Shown piece after piece: positions 9,281 through 19,096 of a DNA stretch of 49,401 nucleotides. The notes beneath the pieces are model-generated. The model was not told the origin of the DNA. It did no database searches and was given only the letters and a program-made list of their open reading frames with translations. Where the stretch lies: contig CAMNND010000002.1 in NCBI GenBank assembly GCA_946545035.1, positions 1 to 49,401 on the forward strand, read 5' to 3'. Origin of the DNA: an uncultured Clostridium sp. Lineage in GTDB: Bacteria; Bacillota; Clostridia; TANB77; CAG-508. The translations under genes were made by a program, and so were the position numbers. How positions within the stretch are numbered: the first letter of the stretch is position 1; each line of letters begins with the position of its first letter.

Positions 9281-9826
9281 CTACATCTTTTCAGCAACAA
9301 GTTTTAAATCTCTCCAAAATTCTATCTTCTTACTTTCATCTCTAAGCAACGCAGCTGGATGCCATGTTGGCATATAATGTATTCCTTTTTTTTCAATCCA
9401 TTTTCCCCTGCATGCTGTTATAGAAAGCTCTTTTCCTAATATATTTTTTAGTGCTGTACTTCCAAGCAATACTATTATTTTAGGTTTAACTAAAATAACC
9501 TGGTTTCTTAAATAATTTAAGCATCCATCCGCTTCATCTTGCTCTGGAACTCTATTTTGTGGTGGCCTACACTTAACGATATTTGCAATATAAACATCTT
9601 CTCTTTTAATTCCTATACCTTCAAAAGCCATATCCATTAATTTACCAGCTTTCCCTACAAAAGGAATTCCTTGAAGGTCCTCGTCTGCACCAGGACCTTC
9701 ACCAATAAACATGACATCAGCATTTTTATTTCCGCAACCAAATACAATGTTTGTTCTATTATTACATAGCTTACACTTGTTGCAATTATTAATTGATTTT
9801 TCTAAATCTTCCCAATTATCAAACAT
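9281..9826 (-). CDS. Uracil-DNA glycosylase, family 4 (Fe-S type)
   Basis: CNKCKLC cluster, the GEGPGADED motif, GIPFVGKAGKLMD, and WHPAALLR near the C-terminus. Confidence 0.88.
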   Translation of the reverse strand: MFDNWEDLEKSINNCNKCKLCNNRTNIVFGCGNKNADVMFIGEGPGADEDLQGIPFVGKAGKLMDMAFEGIGIKREDVYIANIVKCRPPQNRVPEQDEADGCLNYLRNQVILVKPKIIVLLGSTALKNILGKELSITACRGKWIEKKGIHYMPTWHPAALLRDESKKIEFWRDLKLVAEKM

Positions 9827-9844
9827 ATTCTCATATCCTTTTAT

Positions 9845-10621
9845 TTATATTAAACACATAATCGATGCATTTCTTCCAGCTTCACTTTTTTTATCTCTGT
9901 ATGAATGTAATAATTCCCTATTACATAATGTGCAGATTTTGCAATCAATAATATTCTCTGGTTTCAATCCACATTCTATTAGCATATTCTTAATTGCTTT
10001 TATGCTATCTACAAAATACTTCTGTTTTCCATCCTTTATCTCTCCAATTTTAATAATAGATTCATCTTTAAAAGCTTCCATAAATAATGCTCTAACATCA
10101 TCCTCTACTTCAAAATGGCATTGTCTAATTGAAGGTCCGATACAGCAAATAATATCAGAAGGACTGCATCCATATGTTTCAACCATTTTATTAATAGCAA
10201 CTTCTCCAATTTTTGCCACTGTACCTCTCCAACCAGAATGAATATTTCCAATTACATTTTTCACTGGATCATATAACAAAAGAGAATTACAATCTGCAAA
10301 TACAGCTGATAATACTTTGTTTTTTATATTTGTTATTAATCCGTCAACGTCCTGGAAATCTGAACTATTACTATCTCCAGTTACCACATCAACATTATTC
10401 GTATGAGTCTGTGTTGGTTGGATCACGTTATTATTATCTATTCCAAGAGAATTACATATTTTAATATAATTTTCATCATCTTTAGTTTTATTTCTTAAAT
10501 CTAATGGTTTTAGAGTATATGCATGTACCAATTTATCTTTATATTCAAGTAATCTTTTAAATTGTATATATTCTATATCACCATCTTTAACATGAATGAT
10601 ATTTTCGTTTGATAAGTCCAT
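9845..10621 (-). CDS. pgeF: YfiH/PgeF family (DUF152) multicopper oxidase-like purine nucleoside/peptidoglycan editing enzyme
   Basis: HSGWRGT motif, a C..H pair (CCIGPSIRQCHFEV), and CTLC...HSYR at the C-terminus. GAGAGGAAG lies 5 nt before the ATG at 10621, so I prefer that start over 10648. Confidence 0.85.
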   Translation of the reverse strand: MDLSNENIIHVKDGDIEYIQFKRLLEYKDKLVHAYTLKPLDLRNKTKDDENYIKICNSLGIDNNNVIQPTQTHTNNVDVVTGDSNSSDFQDVDGLITNIKNKVLSAVFADCNSLLLYDPVKNVIGNIHSGWRGTVAKIGEVAINKMVETYGCSPSDIICCIGPSIRQCHFEVEDDVRALFMEAFKDESIIKIGEIKDGKQKYFVDSIKAIKNMLIECGLKPENIIDCKICTLCNRELLHSYRDKKSEAGRNASIMCLI

Positions 10622-10634
10622 ATTATCTTCCTCT

Positions 10635-13600
10635 CTAGTCTTCAACATTTTCTCTAATCATTTCAAGTACTTCTTCTTTATCCATTTCACTTATGTAGTT
10701 ATACTTGTTATTTGGTGTTCCTGTATTAAATCCACATATTGCTTTATACTCGCAATATTCACAAGGTGTTTTTTTCTTCTTGTAGTATGGATAGATATTA
10801 ATGTTTCCAGAAAGTATTTCTTCTGCTATTTGTTTAATTATCACATTCATATACTTTTGTAGATAATTGAATTGTTTTCTAGAAACTCCTGAAGTTTTCT
10901 TATCACTCAAATCACCATTTGATCCAATATATGCAGGAACAATATTAGATTGACCGCTCTCAAGTTTAGTATCCATCATCTTCACAACATTTACATCTGC
11001 TAAAATAAGACCTTGCATTTTGAATTTTTTCCTAATTTCATTTTCAATCTCTTCTTCAGTCATATCTTTCTTTGATTTTATAACTGGATCGATTAAATTG
11101 AAATATAAAACGCCAGCTGGTTCGACATTATCTTCTTTACATATTGCATCTAAATATGTTAGTAACTGAATTTGAAGACCACTATAAACTGAATTTAAAT
11201 CAATATTTTTATATGATGATTTATAGTCAATTATTCTTAAATATTTGCTCTCACCATTATCAGCAATATCGATTCTATCAATCTTTCCAGTAATCTCAAC
11301 TTTTCGATTGTCATCAAGCTCCATTACAATTGGTTTATATGTTTTTCCGTCTTCAAATTCAACTTCGTTACCTGCAACATTAAACTCGCTATATTTTATA
11401 CTTTCAACAATATATTTCATACTTCGCTTAACAACACGTTTCAAGCGCTCTGTTAATACTTTATATTTTGGTGTAGCTGAGAAAATATAATTTACATTTA
11501 AACCAAGTTTTTCATTGATTATTTCTTCAATAATTGTATATATCTCATCTTCTTCAATTTCTTTAATATTTATTCCTCTTGCTCTTATTTCATTAAAGAA
11601 AGTATCAATTGTATCATGCATAAAAGTACCAGTGTCTAAGCTGTCAACCTTAAGTTTATCTTTTTCTGATACGTTTAGTCCATATCTTAAATAATATGAA
11701 AATGGGCAGGTTCTATACTTTTCAAGCTTAGAAATACTTGTTTTTAATGTGCTGCCATATAAAGCATCTACATTTTCTTTATTAATTTTTTCAGGAATGT
11801 TTGTGTAATTTAATGCCTTCATACTATAAACAAGTCTATGCTTCCACTTATCATCAGACATATAGTAATTATATGCAGCCATCCACTTTCCATCAAGCTC
11901 TCTTCCTTCATCTCTATAATCGCGTATATGATTTAAAAGCTCATCAAAAGTGTTGCTTTCTGTTAATATCTCAGAGCTTTTTTCTATAATATCACTTTCT
12001 TCTTTTACATCTGGAAAAATTCTTTTTATCTTAGAAACAAGTGTCGATGCCCTTAATGTCTTTCCATCAGCAGCTGATGAAGAATATGAAAGATAAATAC
12101 TGTTACTTGCAGCTGTGAATGCCTTGTATATATTGAAATTGTCTTCATACATTCTTTCAACAGTTCCTTTTGCAAGTTCAATACCTTGATTTTTTAGATT
12201 TTCTCTATCTTCGTCGTTAAAATATCCTTCATTTTTATTAACACTTGGAAACATTCCATCATTTAAACCAATGATAAATACAGTCTTTATTTTATGGCTT
12301 CTTGATCTATCAATATCCCCCATAATAACTTGATCTTGCGTTCCAGGGATTTTCCCTAAATCACTATTTCCAAGCCCTGTTTTTAGTATTTGCATATATC
12401 TATCAAAGTTTATTTTTTCGTCTCCAAATACAAGGACAATTTCATCTAATACTTTTACAATTATCTTCCAACTTGTTTCATATTCGGTTGCAATTTCTGT
12501 TTTACCAATCGAAATAAGCTCTTCTTCTTTTTCCTGAAGTCTTTTATCAATTTCATTCTCAATTAAGAAATTATATAGTCTAGCTGTAATCTCTTTAGCA
12601 GAATTCGTACCAAGAAGACCTTCTTTAAACTTAATTAATGGATCAACAATTAATCTTCTTATTTCTCTAAAGCGAATTATTTTATCACTATTTTTGTTAT
12701 CCTCATCGTGGAAATCCCACTCACCTTTATACCATTTGCTATACTTTATATCCCATTTTAAGCAGTAATTTTCGAATTCATAAATTTCTTCTTGTGATAA
12801 GCTTAAGAATCCAGTCTTGATGTAATTAAATACTGATTCATATGACCAATTTTTTGCAAATACTTCTAATATTGCTAGCAAATATTTTACAATGATATTT
12901 TGGCTTAAATCTTTCTTCTCATCGATAAATACTGGTATTTGATACTTATTAAATATAACCTTACATAGATTTGAATATGTATCAAGATTTTTCGTTATAA
13001 TTGATATATCACGATATCTATAACCATGCTCTTTAACAAGTTTTACAATATTGCCCGCAATATTTTCTATCTCTGAATATGGATTATTTGCTAAAAACAA
13101 TTTAATGTTGTTAACCGGCTTTTTTGCATATCTTTGATATGGAATTGCATATAAATTTTCTTCTAAAAACTTAAGCTCATCAGTTTCAAATCTGTGAACA
13201 TCTTCTAAATATACCGGCTTTTCTATCTTTGCATCTACATTTTTTGCTACGTCCATTATCTTCTGAACAGTCAATTTATTTGCGTAAAAGATATCCGTAT
13301 CTGGTGATATACTTTCTTCCAATGAATCTGTACAAATATTAATTGATACTCTAGCTGCTTGTTTTAAAAGTATCGATATAATATCATATTCTTGCTTTGT
13401 AAAACCAACAAATTCATCTATATAAATAAGTGTATTTTCAAATATATTTGTTTTAGGTAATTGTTCAGAAAGTATTGTTAACACATCATTTTCATCTATA
13501 TATCTATTTTTTATTGTTTCTTCAAACAAATTGTATACAGCTCTCATATCTGCCATTTTTGCTTTTAGATACTTATCTTCTGACTTACTCATTATTTCAT

Positions 13601-14000
13601 CTAAATTGTCAACACTAACACCATGCTTCTTAAATTCCGTTATCTGTGTTGAAATTAAATCAATATTTTCATCTGACTTGCCTAGAAAATTTAAATTATT
13701 TTTTTCATTTAAAAGTATGTTGTAAATCAGCATAGCCTTACCGCATGATGACAGTGCTGTTTTTGTGCTCCCACCAACTTCATTCATAACTCTATATGCC
13801 ATACGATTAAAAGTTAATACTTCTGCATTTAAAGCTGCACCATTAACAACATTCAATAGTTCACGCTCAGCAGTGAAAGAAAACTGCTCCGGTGTAATAA
13901 TATAAATTTTCTTATCTTCTTTTATTAAACTTTTTATCTCATTAAAAATATATGTACTTTTACCTGCTCCGGATTTACCATATACAAGTCTTAATCCCAT
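10635..14000 (-). CDS. addB: Helicase-nuclease AddAB, subunit B
   Basis: 1121 aa. N-terminal Walker A is GKSGAGKST. The C-terminal RecB-type nuclease has IIDYKSS. Fe-S cluster cysteines: CPFSYY ... CEYCEYKAICGF. Confidence 0.9.
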   Translation of the reverse strand: MGLRLVYGKSGAGKSTYIFNEIKSLIKEDKKIYIITPEQFSFTAERELLNVVNGAALNAEVLTFNRMAYRVMNEVGGSTKTALSSCGKAMLIYNILLNEKNNLNFLGKSDENIDLISTQITEFKKHGVSVDNLDEIMSKSEDKYLKAKMADMRAVYNLFEETIKNRYIDENDVLTILSEQLPKTNIFENTLIYIDEFVGFTKQEYDIISILLKQAARVSINICTDSLEESISPDTDIFYANKLTVQKIMDVAKNVDAKIEKPVYLEDVHRFETDELKFLEENLYAIPYQRYAKKPVNNIKLFLANNPYSEIENIAGNIVKLVKEHGYRYRDISIITKNLDTYSNLCKVIFNKYQIPVFIDEKKDLSQNIIVKYLLAILEVFAKNWSYESVFNYIKTGFLSLSQEEIYEFENYCLKWDIKYSKWYKGEWDFHDEDNKNSDKIIRFREIRRLIVDPLIKFKEGLLGTNSAKEITARLYNFLIENEIDKRLQEKEEELISIGKTEIATEYETSWKIIVKVLDEIVLVFGDEKINFDRYMQILKTGLGNSDLGKIPGTQDQVIMGDIDRSRSHKIKTVFIIGLNDGMFPSVNKNEGYFNDEDRENLKNQGIELAKGTVERMYEDNFNIYKAFTAASNSIYLSYSSSAADGKTLRASTLVSKIKRIFPDVKEESDIIEKSSEILTESNTFDELLNHIRDYRDEGRELDGKWMAAYNYYMSDDKWKHRLVYSMKALNYTNIPEKINKENVDALYGSTLKTSISKLEKYRTCPFSYYLRYGLNVSEKDKLKVDSLDTGTFMHDTIDTFFNEIRARGINIKEIEEDEIYTIIEEIINEKLGLNVNYIFSATPKYKVLTERLKRVVKRSMKYIVESIKYSEFNVAGNEVEFEDGKTYKPIVMELDDNRKVEITGKIDRIDIADNGESKYLRIIDYKSSYKNIDLNSVYSGLQIQLLTYLDAICKEDNVEPAGVLYFNLIDPVIKSKKDMTEEEIENEIRKKFKMQGLILADVNVVKMMDTKLESGQSNIVPAYIGSNGDLSDKKTSGVSRKQFNYLQKYMNVIIKQIAEEILSGNINIYPYYKKKKTPCEYCEYKAICGFNTGTPNNKYNYISEMDKEEVLEMIRENVED

Positions 14001-14012
14001 GTGATTTACCTC

Positions 14013-14879
14013 CTAATTAAGCGTACGTCTCCAATAAAATAGATATTGTTGTGCAAGGCCCGCATCTTTTCCAAATTTATCAAAAGCAACTTTATTGATA
14101 GCCTTGTTGCTAACTTTCTTTTCATCTGGATTCTTTATATATAAATCATTCATAACACGTCTAACCCACACATCTATTGGAAATATATCAAATCTTTTTA
14201 AATCTGAAAATAAAAGAATGCAATCTGCCACTTTTGGACCAACACCAGAAAGCTCTAGCAATCTTTCTCTAACATCCAAGGTCTTCATTTTATATAGCTC
14301 TTCTAAACTAGTATCTCCATTATTAATCATCTGTGTTGTTTCAAATAGTCTAATATCTCGAAAACCAAGTCCTAAAGATCTATATTCTGATGTTGTTACA
14401 TCTTTTAATTGCTCTGAAGTTGGAAATAGATAATAATCTTTATTATTAAATTCAACCTTCGTTCCATATTTCTTAGATAGCCTTTCGATTATTCCTTTTA
14501 TTCTTGGAATATTATTATTAGCAGAAATTATATATGAAATAATAGTCTCCCATAAGTCCTGATTAAGAATTCTAATCCCTTTTCCGTACTTAATGCTATT
14601 TTCCATATATTTATCAATCTTTGATAATTTGCTTTTAATCTCTTCATAATCCCTATCTAAATCAAAATACTTATCAACAAATGATTTAATATCACAATCT
14701 AGATTTCCTTTAAAATAAATATTTTTATCATCACAATTAACATTTAATACACCATATTTAACAACACCTGTATAACTTCCATCTAGCTCTTCATTCCATC
14801 TAAAACATTGGCCACACTCAAATATATCTTTAAGTTCAAACGCATCTATTTTCTTTATTACTAATTCCTGCAATTTCAT
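14013..14879 (-). CDS. ogg: 8-oxoguanine DNA glycosylase/AP lyase (Ogg, HhH-GPD family)
   Basis: HhH-GPD signature LSGVGPKVADCILLF followed by PIDVWV. At ~288 aa, its size and layout match clostridial Ogg. Confidence 0.85.
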   Translation of the reverse strand: MKLQELVIKKIDAFELKDIFECGQCFRWNEELDGSYTGVVKYGVLNVNCDDKNIYFKGNLDCDIKSFVDKYFDLDRDYEEIKSKLSKIDKYMENSIKYGKGIRILNQDLWETIISYIISANNNIPRIKGIIERLSKKYGTKVEFNNKDYYLFPTSEQLKDVTTSEYRSLGLGFRDIRLFETTQMINNGDTSLEELYKMKTLDVRERLLELSGVGPKVADCILLFSDLKRFDIFPIDVWVRRVMNDLYIKNPDEKKVSNKAINKVAFDKFGKDAGLAQQYLFYWRRTLN

Positions 14880-14990
14880 ATCTGTTCCTCTAAATAAATA
14901 TTTATTATTTTTCTTAACTATTTTTATTCTATAAATTTAGTTTATATTATCATAGAAAGTGCTCATTTACAAGAAAAAAGAGCACGAAAA

Positions 14991-15011
14991 AACCAGCTTT
15001 TAAAGCTGGTT
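14991..15011 (-). terminator. Terminator downstream of the G5/3D-domain gene
   Basis: aaccagcttt / aaagctggtt stem flanked by A- and T-runs, directly after the stop at 15016. A second small hairpin, gtgctc...gagcac, sits at 14960-14985. Confidence 0.7.
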
Positions 15012-15015
15012 TTTA

Positions 15016-16023
15016 TTAAAATTTATAAACATAACATTCCAGATTTCTTCTACCGAATCTGTTACATTCTGATAAATTATTCATAAATACGTCTATTTTA
15101 TTTCCCTTAATCGCACCACCTGTATCTTGAGCTATAAACCATCCACCGTTTGGATAATCAGCAAAATATGGTATATATACTATTGTTCCCATTGGATAAT
15201 ATCTTGGGTCTGTTGCTATTGTATAATATACTCTTGCTCTTGCTCCAGATGCTGTTGCAGTGTTACCACCACACTCATCAGCACTATATGCAGATGCATT
15301 CATTGTAACAACCTCTGGTGTCATACCTTCAACTCTTTCAGCTAATGCTGATCCTCTGCTTGAACCAGAGCTTTGAATTTCTTCTGCTTCAACTGATGTT
15401 GCAGATCTTGAAGTTACAACTGGAACTGGTTTATTTTTTATCTCTTTTATACAATTTACTGGCTCTTGAACTAAGTTCTCAGCAATCTGTATCTTTTCGA
15501 TTTCTTCACCATTTTCATACTTCATCAAGTATGCTATTTCTTTTAGACCATCTACACCATTTTGAGTAATTTTTTCTATTTTCTCTCCATCCCCTGTAGA
15601 CTTGTCGTTTGTTTCTGTCTCATATGGAATAGTAACTTTTTCTTTTACTATTTTTTCTGTTACAGAATTATAATCTTCTAATACATTTTCAACTGATAAT
15701 TCTTCAGGCTCTTCTTCAGCTAAAACAATATCACTTTCATTACTTGATATTATCTTTATAGTATTATTATCTGAAATATTCTCATCTAATGCAGGTATTA
15801 CCTTCTCATTTTGTGATACTACAATATGATTTTCTTCTAATATTTCTGATACTTTTGTTTTACCTGTATAAATATTAGTTTCGTAACCATCTACTGAAAT
15901 AATTTTCACGCATGTTACTTTAGAATTTGCTGCCATAACTCCTATTCCCATAACGAATAAAAGAATTATACTTATTGATATCACTTTTTTTAATGATATC
16001 GACGCTTTATCATCTCTCTTCAT
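15016..16023 (-). CDS. YabE-like cell-wall protein (DUF348/G5 region plus C-terminal 3D domain)
   Basis: N-terminal TM. The central region has a G5-like segment (VTIPYETETNDKS..GEKIEKITQNGVDGLKE). The C-terminus is 3D-like: ATASGARARVYYTIATDPRYYPMGTIVYIP...DTGGAIKGNKIDVFM. The tatD-yabE synteny matches B. subtilis yabD-yabE. Confidence 0.8.
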   Translation of the reverse strand: MKRDDKASISLKKVISISIILLFVMGIGVMAANSKVTCVKIISVDGYETNIYTGKTKVSEILEENHIVVSQNEKVIPALDENISDNNTIKIISSNESDIVLAEEEPEELSVENVLEDYNSVTEKIVKEKVTIPYETETNDKSTGDGEKIEKITQNGVDGLKEIAYLMKYENGEEIEKIQIAENLVQEPVNCIKEIKNKPVPVVTSRSATSVEAEEIQSSGSSRGSALAERVEGMTPEVVTMNASAYSADECGGNTATASGARARVYYTIATDPRYYPMGTIVYIPYFADYPNGGWFIAQDTGGAIKGNKIDVFMNNLSECNRFGRRNLECYVYKF

Positions 16024-16060
16024 AAGAAATTTATTACCTCCTTTTTATAGCAACGGATTA

Positions 16061-16089
16061 ATTATACCATTTTTTGTATTTATTGTCAA
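16061..16089 (-). promoter_or_regulatory. Near-consensus sigma-A promoter for the yabE-like gene
   Basis: On the minus strand: TTGACA (16089-16084), a 17-nt spacer, then TATAAT (16066-16061) preceded by TGG (extended -10). Confidence 0.65.
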
Positions 16090-16168
16090 ATTAGCGCACC
16101 TTATGTAAGCTAAGTCAATGACTTGGCCACCATACTATATAATTTATTCAACTTATATAAAAATATTA

Positions 16169-16948
16169 CTAATATATAGAAAATGCTTTCTTGGCATTCT
16201 CATATGTTATTCTTGCAACATCTTCAAGATTCATATTTTTTGAATTTGCTATTTTTTCAGCCACATACTTAATATTTCTTGAATCGTTTCTCTTGCCTCT
16301 ATTAGGCTCTGGTGATAAATATGGGCTATCCGTTTCTATTAGCTGATGATCAATTGGAATAATTCCAAGCATCTCATCTGCATTTTTTGAGTTCTTAAAT
16401 GTTATTGGACCTCCAAAAGAAATATAAAAATCTTTCTTTAATCCAGCCATTATTAAATCCTTATTTTGTGGACAACAATGGAATATACCAGGCTTCACAA
16501 AGTCTGTATTTGTTATTATATCTATTGTATCCATAATTGCATCTCTTGTATGTATTTGAATTGGCAAATTTAACTTGTTAGCAATTTCTATCTGTCTTTT
16601 AAAAGCTTCTAATTGTAGCTCTTTATTCTCTTTGTTCCAGTAGTAATCTAAACCAATTTCACCAATCGCAACAACCTTTTCACAAGTTATTGCTAATCTT
16701 TCAACTTCCTTTAGCTGCTCTTCAAGCTCTTCATGCGTTTCAGGAAGATCATTTGGAGAAATTCCACATGTTGTATAAATAAAATCATATTTTTGTGCAA
16801 GCTCAATTCCTTTTTTACTCGACTCTAGACTATAACCTGCACTAACGCATTTTGTAACTCCATCCTCATATATTGCTTTAATTATCTCATCTCTGTCTTC
16901 ATCGAACTTTTCATCATCGTAGTGAGCATGAGAATCAAATAGTTCCAT
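16169..16948 (-). CDS. tatD: TatD family metal-dependent hydrolase/DNase (YabD-like)
   Basis: N-terminal FDSHAHYD (HxH) motif. IGEIGLDYYW, IHTRDA and ETDSPYLSP motifs are present. Confidence 0.9.
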   Translation of the reverse strand: MELFDSHAHYDDEKFDEDRDEIIKAIYEDGVTKCVSAGYSLESSKKGIELAQKYDFIYTTCGISPNDLPETHEELEEQLKEVERLAITCEKVVAIGEIGLDYYWNKENKELQLEAFKRQIEIANKLNLPIQIHTRDAIMDTIDIITNTDFVKPGIFHCCPQNKDLIMAGLKKDFYISFGGPITFKNSKNADEMLGIIPIDHQLIETDSPYLSPEPNRGKRNDSRNIKYVAEKIANSKNMNLEDVARITYENAKKAFSIY

Positions 16949-16957
16949 TTTTTCCTC

Positions 16958-17329
16958 CTAATTTGTTATCGTAACTAGAGCTGTTGCCATTGCATATTCT
17001 TTAACATGTGAAATACTTATGTCTATGCTCTCAATACGATTAACATTTTTAACATTTGCAAAAGGTCTTCCTGCGTCATTATTCAATACCTCAATATCAG
17101 TCCACTGTATATAGTACTTGTTTTCTAGAAGCTCTGATATTGCCTTAAAAACAGCTTCTTTTGCTGCGAATCTTGCGGCATAACTTTGATATTTGTTTTC
17201 TCCCTTACTTTCGCAATATTCTATTTCTTTATCAGTAAAGACTCTTCTTTTAAACTTTTCAGGATATTTAAGAAGAATTTTTTTTATCCTTTCCGTTTCT
17301 ATTATATCATTACCAATTTTTAAATTCAT
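16958..17329 (-). CDS. acpS: Holo-[acyl-carrier-protein] synthase
   Basis: KIGNDIIETERIKK..., RFAAKEAVFKA and ISISHVKEYAMA motifs. TGGAGA lies 5 nt before the ATG at 17329, while the ORF-track ATG at 17341 has no RBS. Confidence 0.88.
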   Translation of the reverse strand: MNLKIGNDIIETERIKKILLKYPEKFKRRVFTDKEIEYCESKGENKYQSYAARFAAKEAVFKAISELLENKYYIQWTDIEVLNNDAGRPFANVKNVNRIESIDISISHVKEYAMATALVTITN

Positions 17330-17378
17330 TATTTTCTCCATTTTTTTATAAAAAGTTTTATTTGTTTTATTATATCAA

Positions 17379-17403
17379 AAAGTGGCCTCACAGGACCACT
17401 TTT
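17379..17403 (-). terminator. Terminator downstream of the WG-repeat gene
   Basis: aaagtggcc ... ggaccacttt stem with one bulge, flanked by A- and T-runs, right after the stop at 17406. Confidence 0.65.
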
Positions 17404-17405
17404 AA

Positions 17406-18914
17406 TTATTCTTCTATAAAACATATAGTTTTTACATCTTCCATTGAATGCCATTTTCCGATAAATGTTACCTTAGATATATCAGAAATTTCGTATTTAG
17501 GCTCTACAACTGTATTTCCATATTGATCAATAACGCCCCATTTACCATCTTTTTTTACTGCAACATATCCGTAATCATTTTGCTCTGTAATATCTTCATA
17601 TTCATATTGAATTACTAGAGTTCCATCTCTATTTACTAATCCATACTTTCCATCATTTTTAGCAGCATATAATGTATGATTTGCATACGCATCTCTGTTA
17701 GATTTCTCTTCAAACTTAAAGTTATAGAATTTATATTCGTCATTAACTTTTGCTCTAATATATCCATCTAATACTTCTACATCTGTTCCAGTAACTTTTA
17801 CTTCATGATTTCTATCAATTAAATATGTATTGTTATCATCAGCTTTTTTGCAGAATAAACAACCTGCTTTTTCATTAAATATAATAGATGTATATTCAAA
17901 AGGAACAAGCACTTCACCAGTTGAATTTATCACACCATATTTTTCATCTTTTTTAGCAATATAGTTATCTGTATATGCAAACTCTATTGATTGATATTCT
18001 GCTTTAACTTTTTCTGATTTATCAGTTCCAAATATTCCATATTTATCTCCTGTTTTTGCAACTATAATGTCAGAGCTTAGATATGTAATATCGTCGTAGT
18101 CGATTTCTAATGTCTTATCTCCTGCTTTATTTGTTATTTTCCACTTTCCATCTTCTTTAACGACGTACATATCATTTCCACAAACATGTTTTATTTCTTC
18201 ATATTTGCATTCTAATAATTGTTCCTTATTAACAGAAATTGCACCGTATTTTCCATCTTTTTTGACAATATATCCATCTGTATAGTTCTTTGTTAAAGCT
18301 TCAACGCTTTCATATTCACATTCAACAATAACATCACCTTGATTGTTAGCTAAACCAACTTTTCCATCTTTTTGTATAAGCAAACTATCCTTTATTCCTT
18401 TTATGACTTCTATCTTATCGTACGTACATGCAGCAAGCTCTTTCCCATCTAAATCAATTAAACCATATTTTCCATCTTTAGATACTCTTAAAACATTACT
18501 TTCAAACCATATATTATTGTTTGAATCAACATTATCAATTACTTCAACAGTAGCATAATCAGTAAATAATTGAGAATTATTTGCATTAATAACTTTAGTC
18601 TTTACTGTACTATTATCTTCACTTAATTCGTTACAAATAAATACTTCTTTTTTGTTATCAGGAATGACAATCATTAAACTATATTCTGGTTCAATAACTA
18701 TTTCCCCTTTGGAATTAATTACTCCCCATTTATCATTTTGAAGCATTGTATAATAAGCTACTTCTGTAAAATAATTAGCTGCTTGCTCTTTTTTCTTTGT
18801 TAGATTTTTTATTCCAATTATAAATAATATAATAACTGCTACAACAGCAATTGCAGCAAATACCTTTTTCAAATTTAACTTTTGTTCATCATTATATCTT
18901 TTACCCCTACTCAT
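17406..18914 (-). CDS. Membrane-anchored WG-repeat (KWG) protein
   Basis: N-terminal TM (VFAAIAVVAVIILFIIGI). It is followed by many ~35-aa repeats of the type DGK(Y/W)G(L/V)I(N/D)..G..V(I/V)EP.Y..I. Confidence 0.8.
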   Translation of the reverse strand: MSRGKRYNDEQKLNLKKVFAAIAVVAVIILFIIGIKNLTKKKEQAANYFTEVAYYTMLQNDKWGVINSKGEIVIEPEYSLMIVIPDNKKEVFICNELSEDNSTVKTKVINANNSQLFTDYATVEVIDNVDSNNNIWFESNVLRVSKDGKYGLIDLDGKELAACTYDKIEVIKGIKDSLLIQKDGKVGLANNQGDVIVECEYESVEALTKNYTDGYIVKKDGKYGAISVNKEQLLECKYEEIKHVCGNDMYVVKEDGKWKITNKAGDKTLEIDYDDITYLSSDIIVAKTGDKYGIFGTDKSEKVKAEYQSIEFAYTDNYIAKKDEKYGVINSTGEVLVPFEYTSIIFNEKAGCLFCKKADDNNTYLIDRNHEVKVTGTDVEVLDGYIRAKVNDEYKFYNFKFEEKSNRDAYANHTLYAAKNDGKYGLVNRDGTLVIQYEYEDITEQNDYGYVAVKKDGKWGVIDQYGNTVVEPKYEISDISKVTFIGKWHSMEDVKTICFIEE

Positions 18915-19096
18915 TAATATCCTCCATTAATAAATTCGTGTATACTATATCATTTTTATAGCCAAATTACAAGATTTTGCAGACAAAAAGCTTGATTTTT
19001 CGGTACTTTTAACAATATAAAAAGAAAAACCGTAGGAGAAAAATTTTAATATAATCATTCCTCATCCTTTGGTTTTTCTTCGTTATGTTTTATTTA

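Noticed and set aside
16024-16060. Looked for a c-di-AMP (ydaO-type) riboswitch upstream of the yabE-like 3D-domain gene
   Set aside because: The consensus promoter at 16061-16089 leaves a leader of only about 30 nt, which is too short for any riboswitch.
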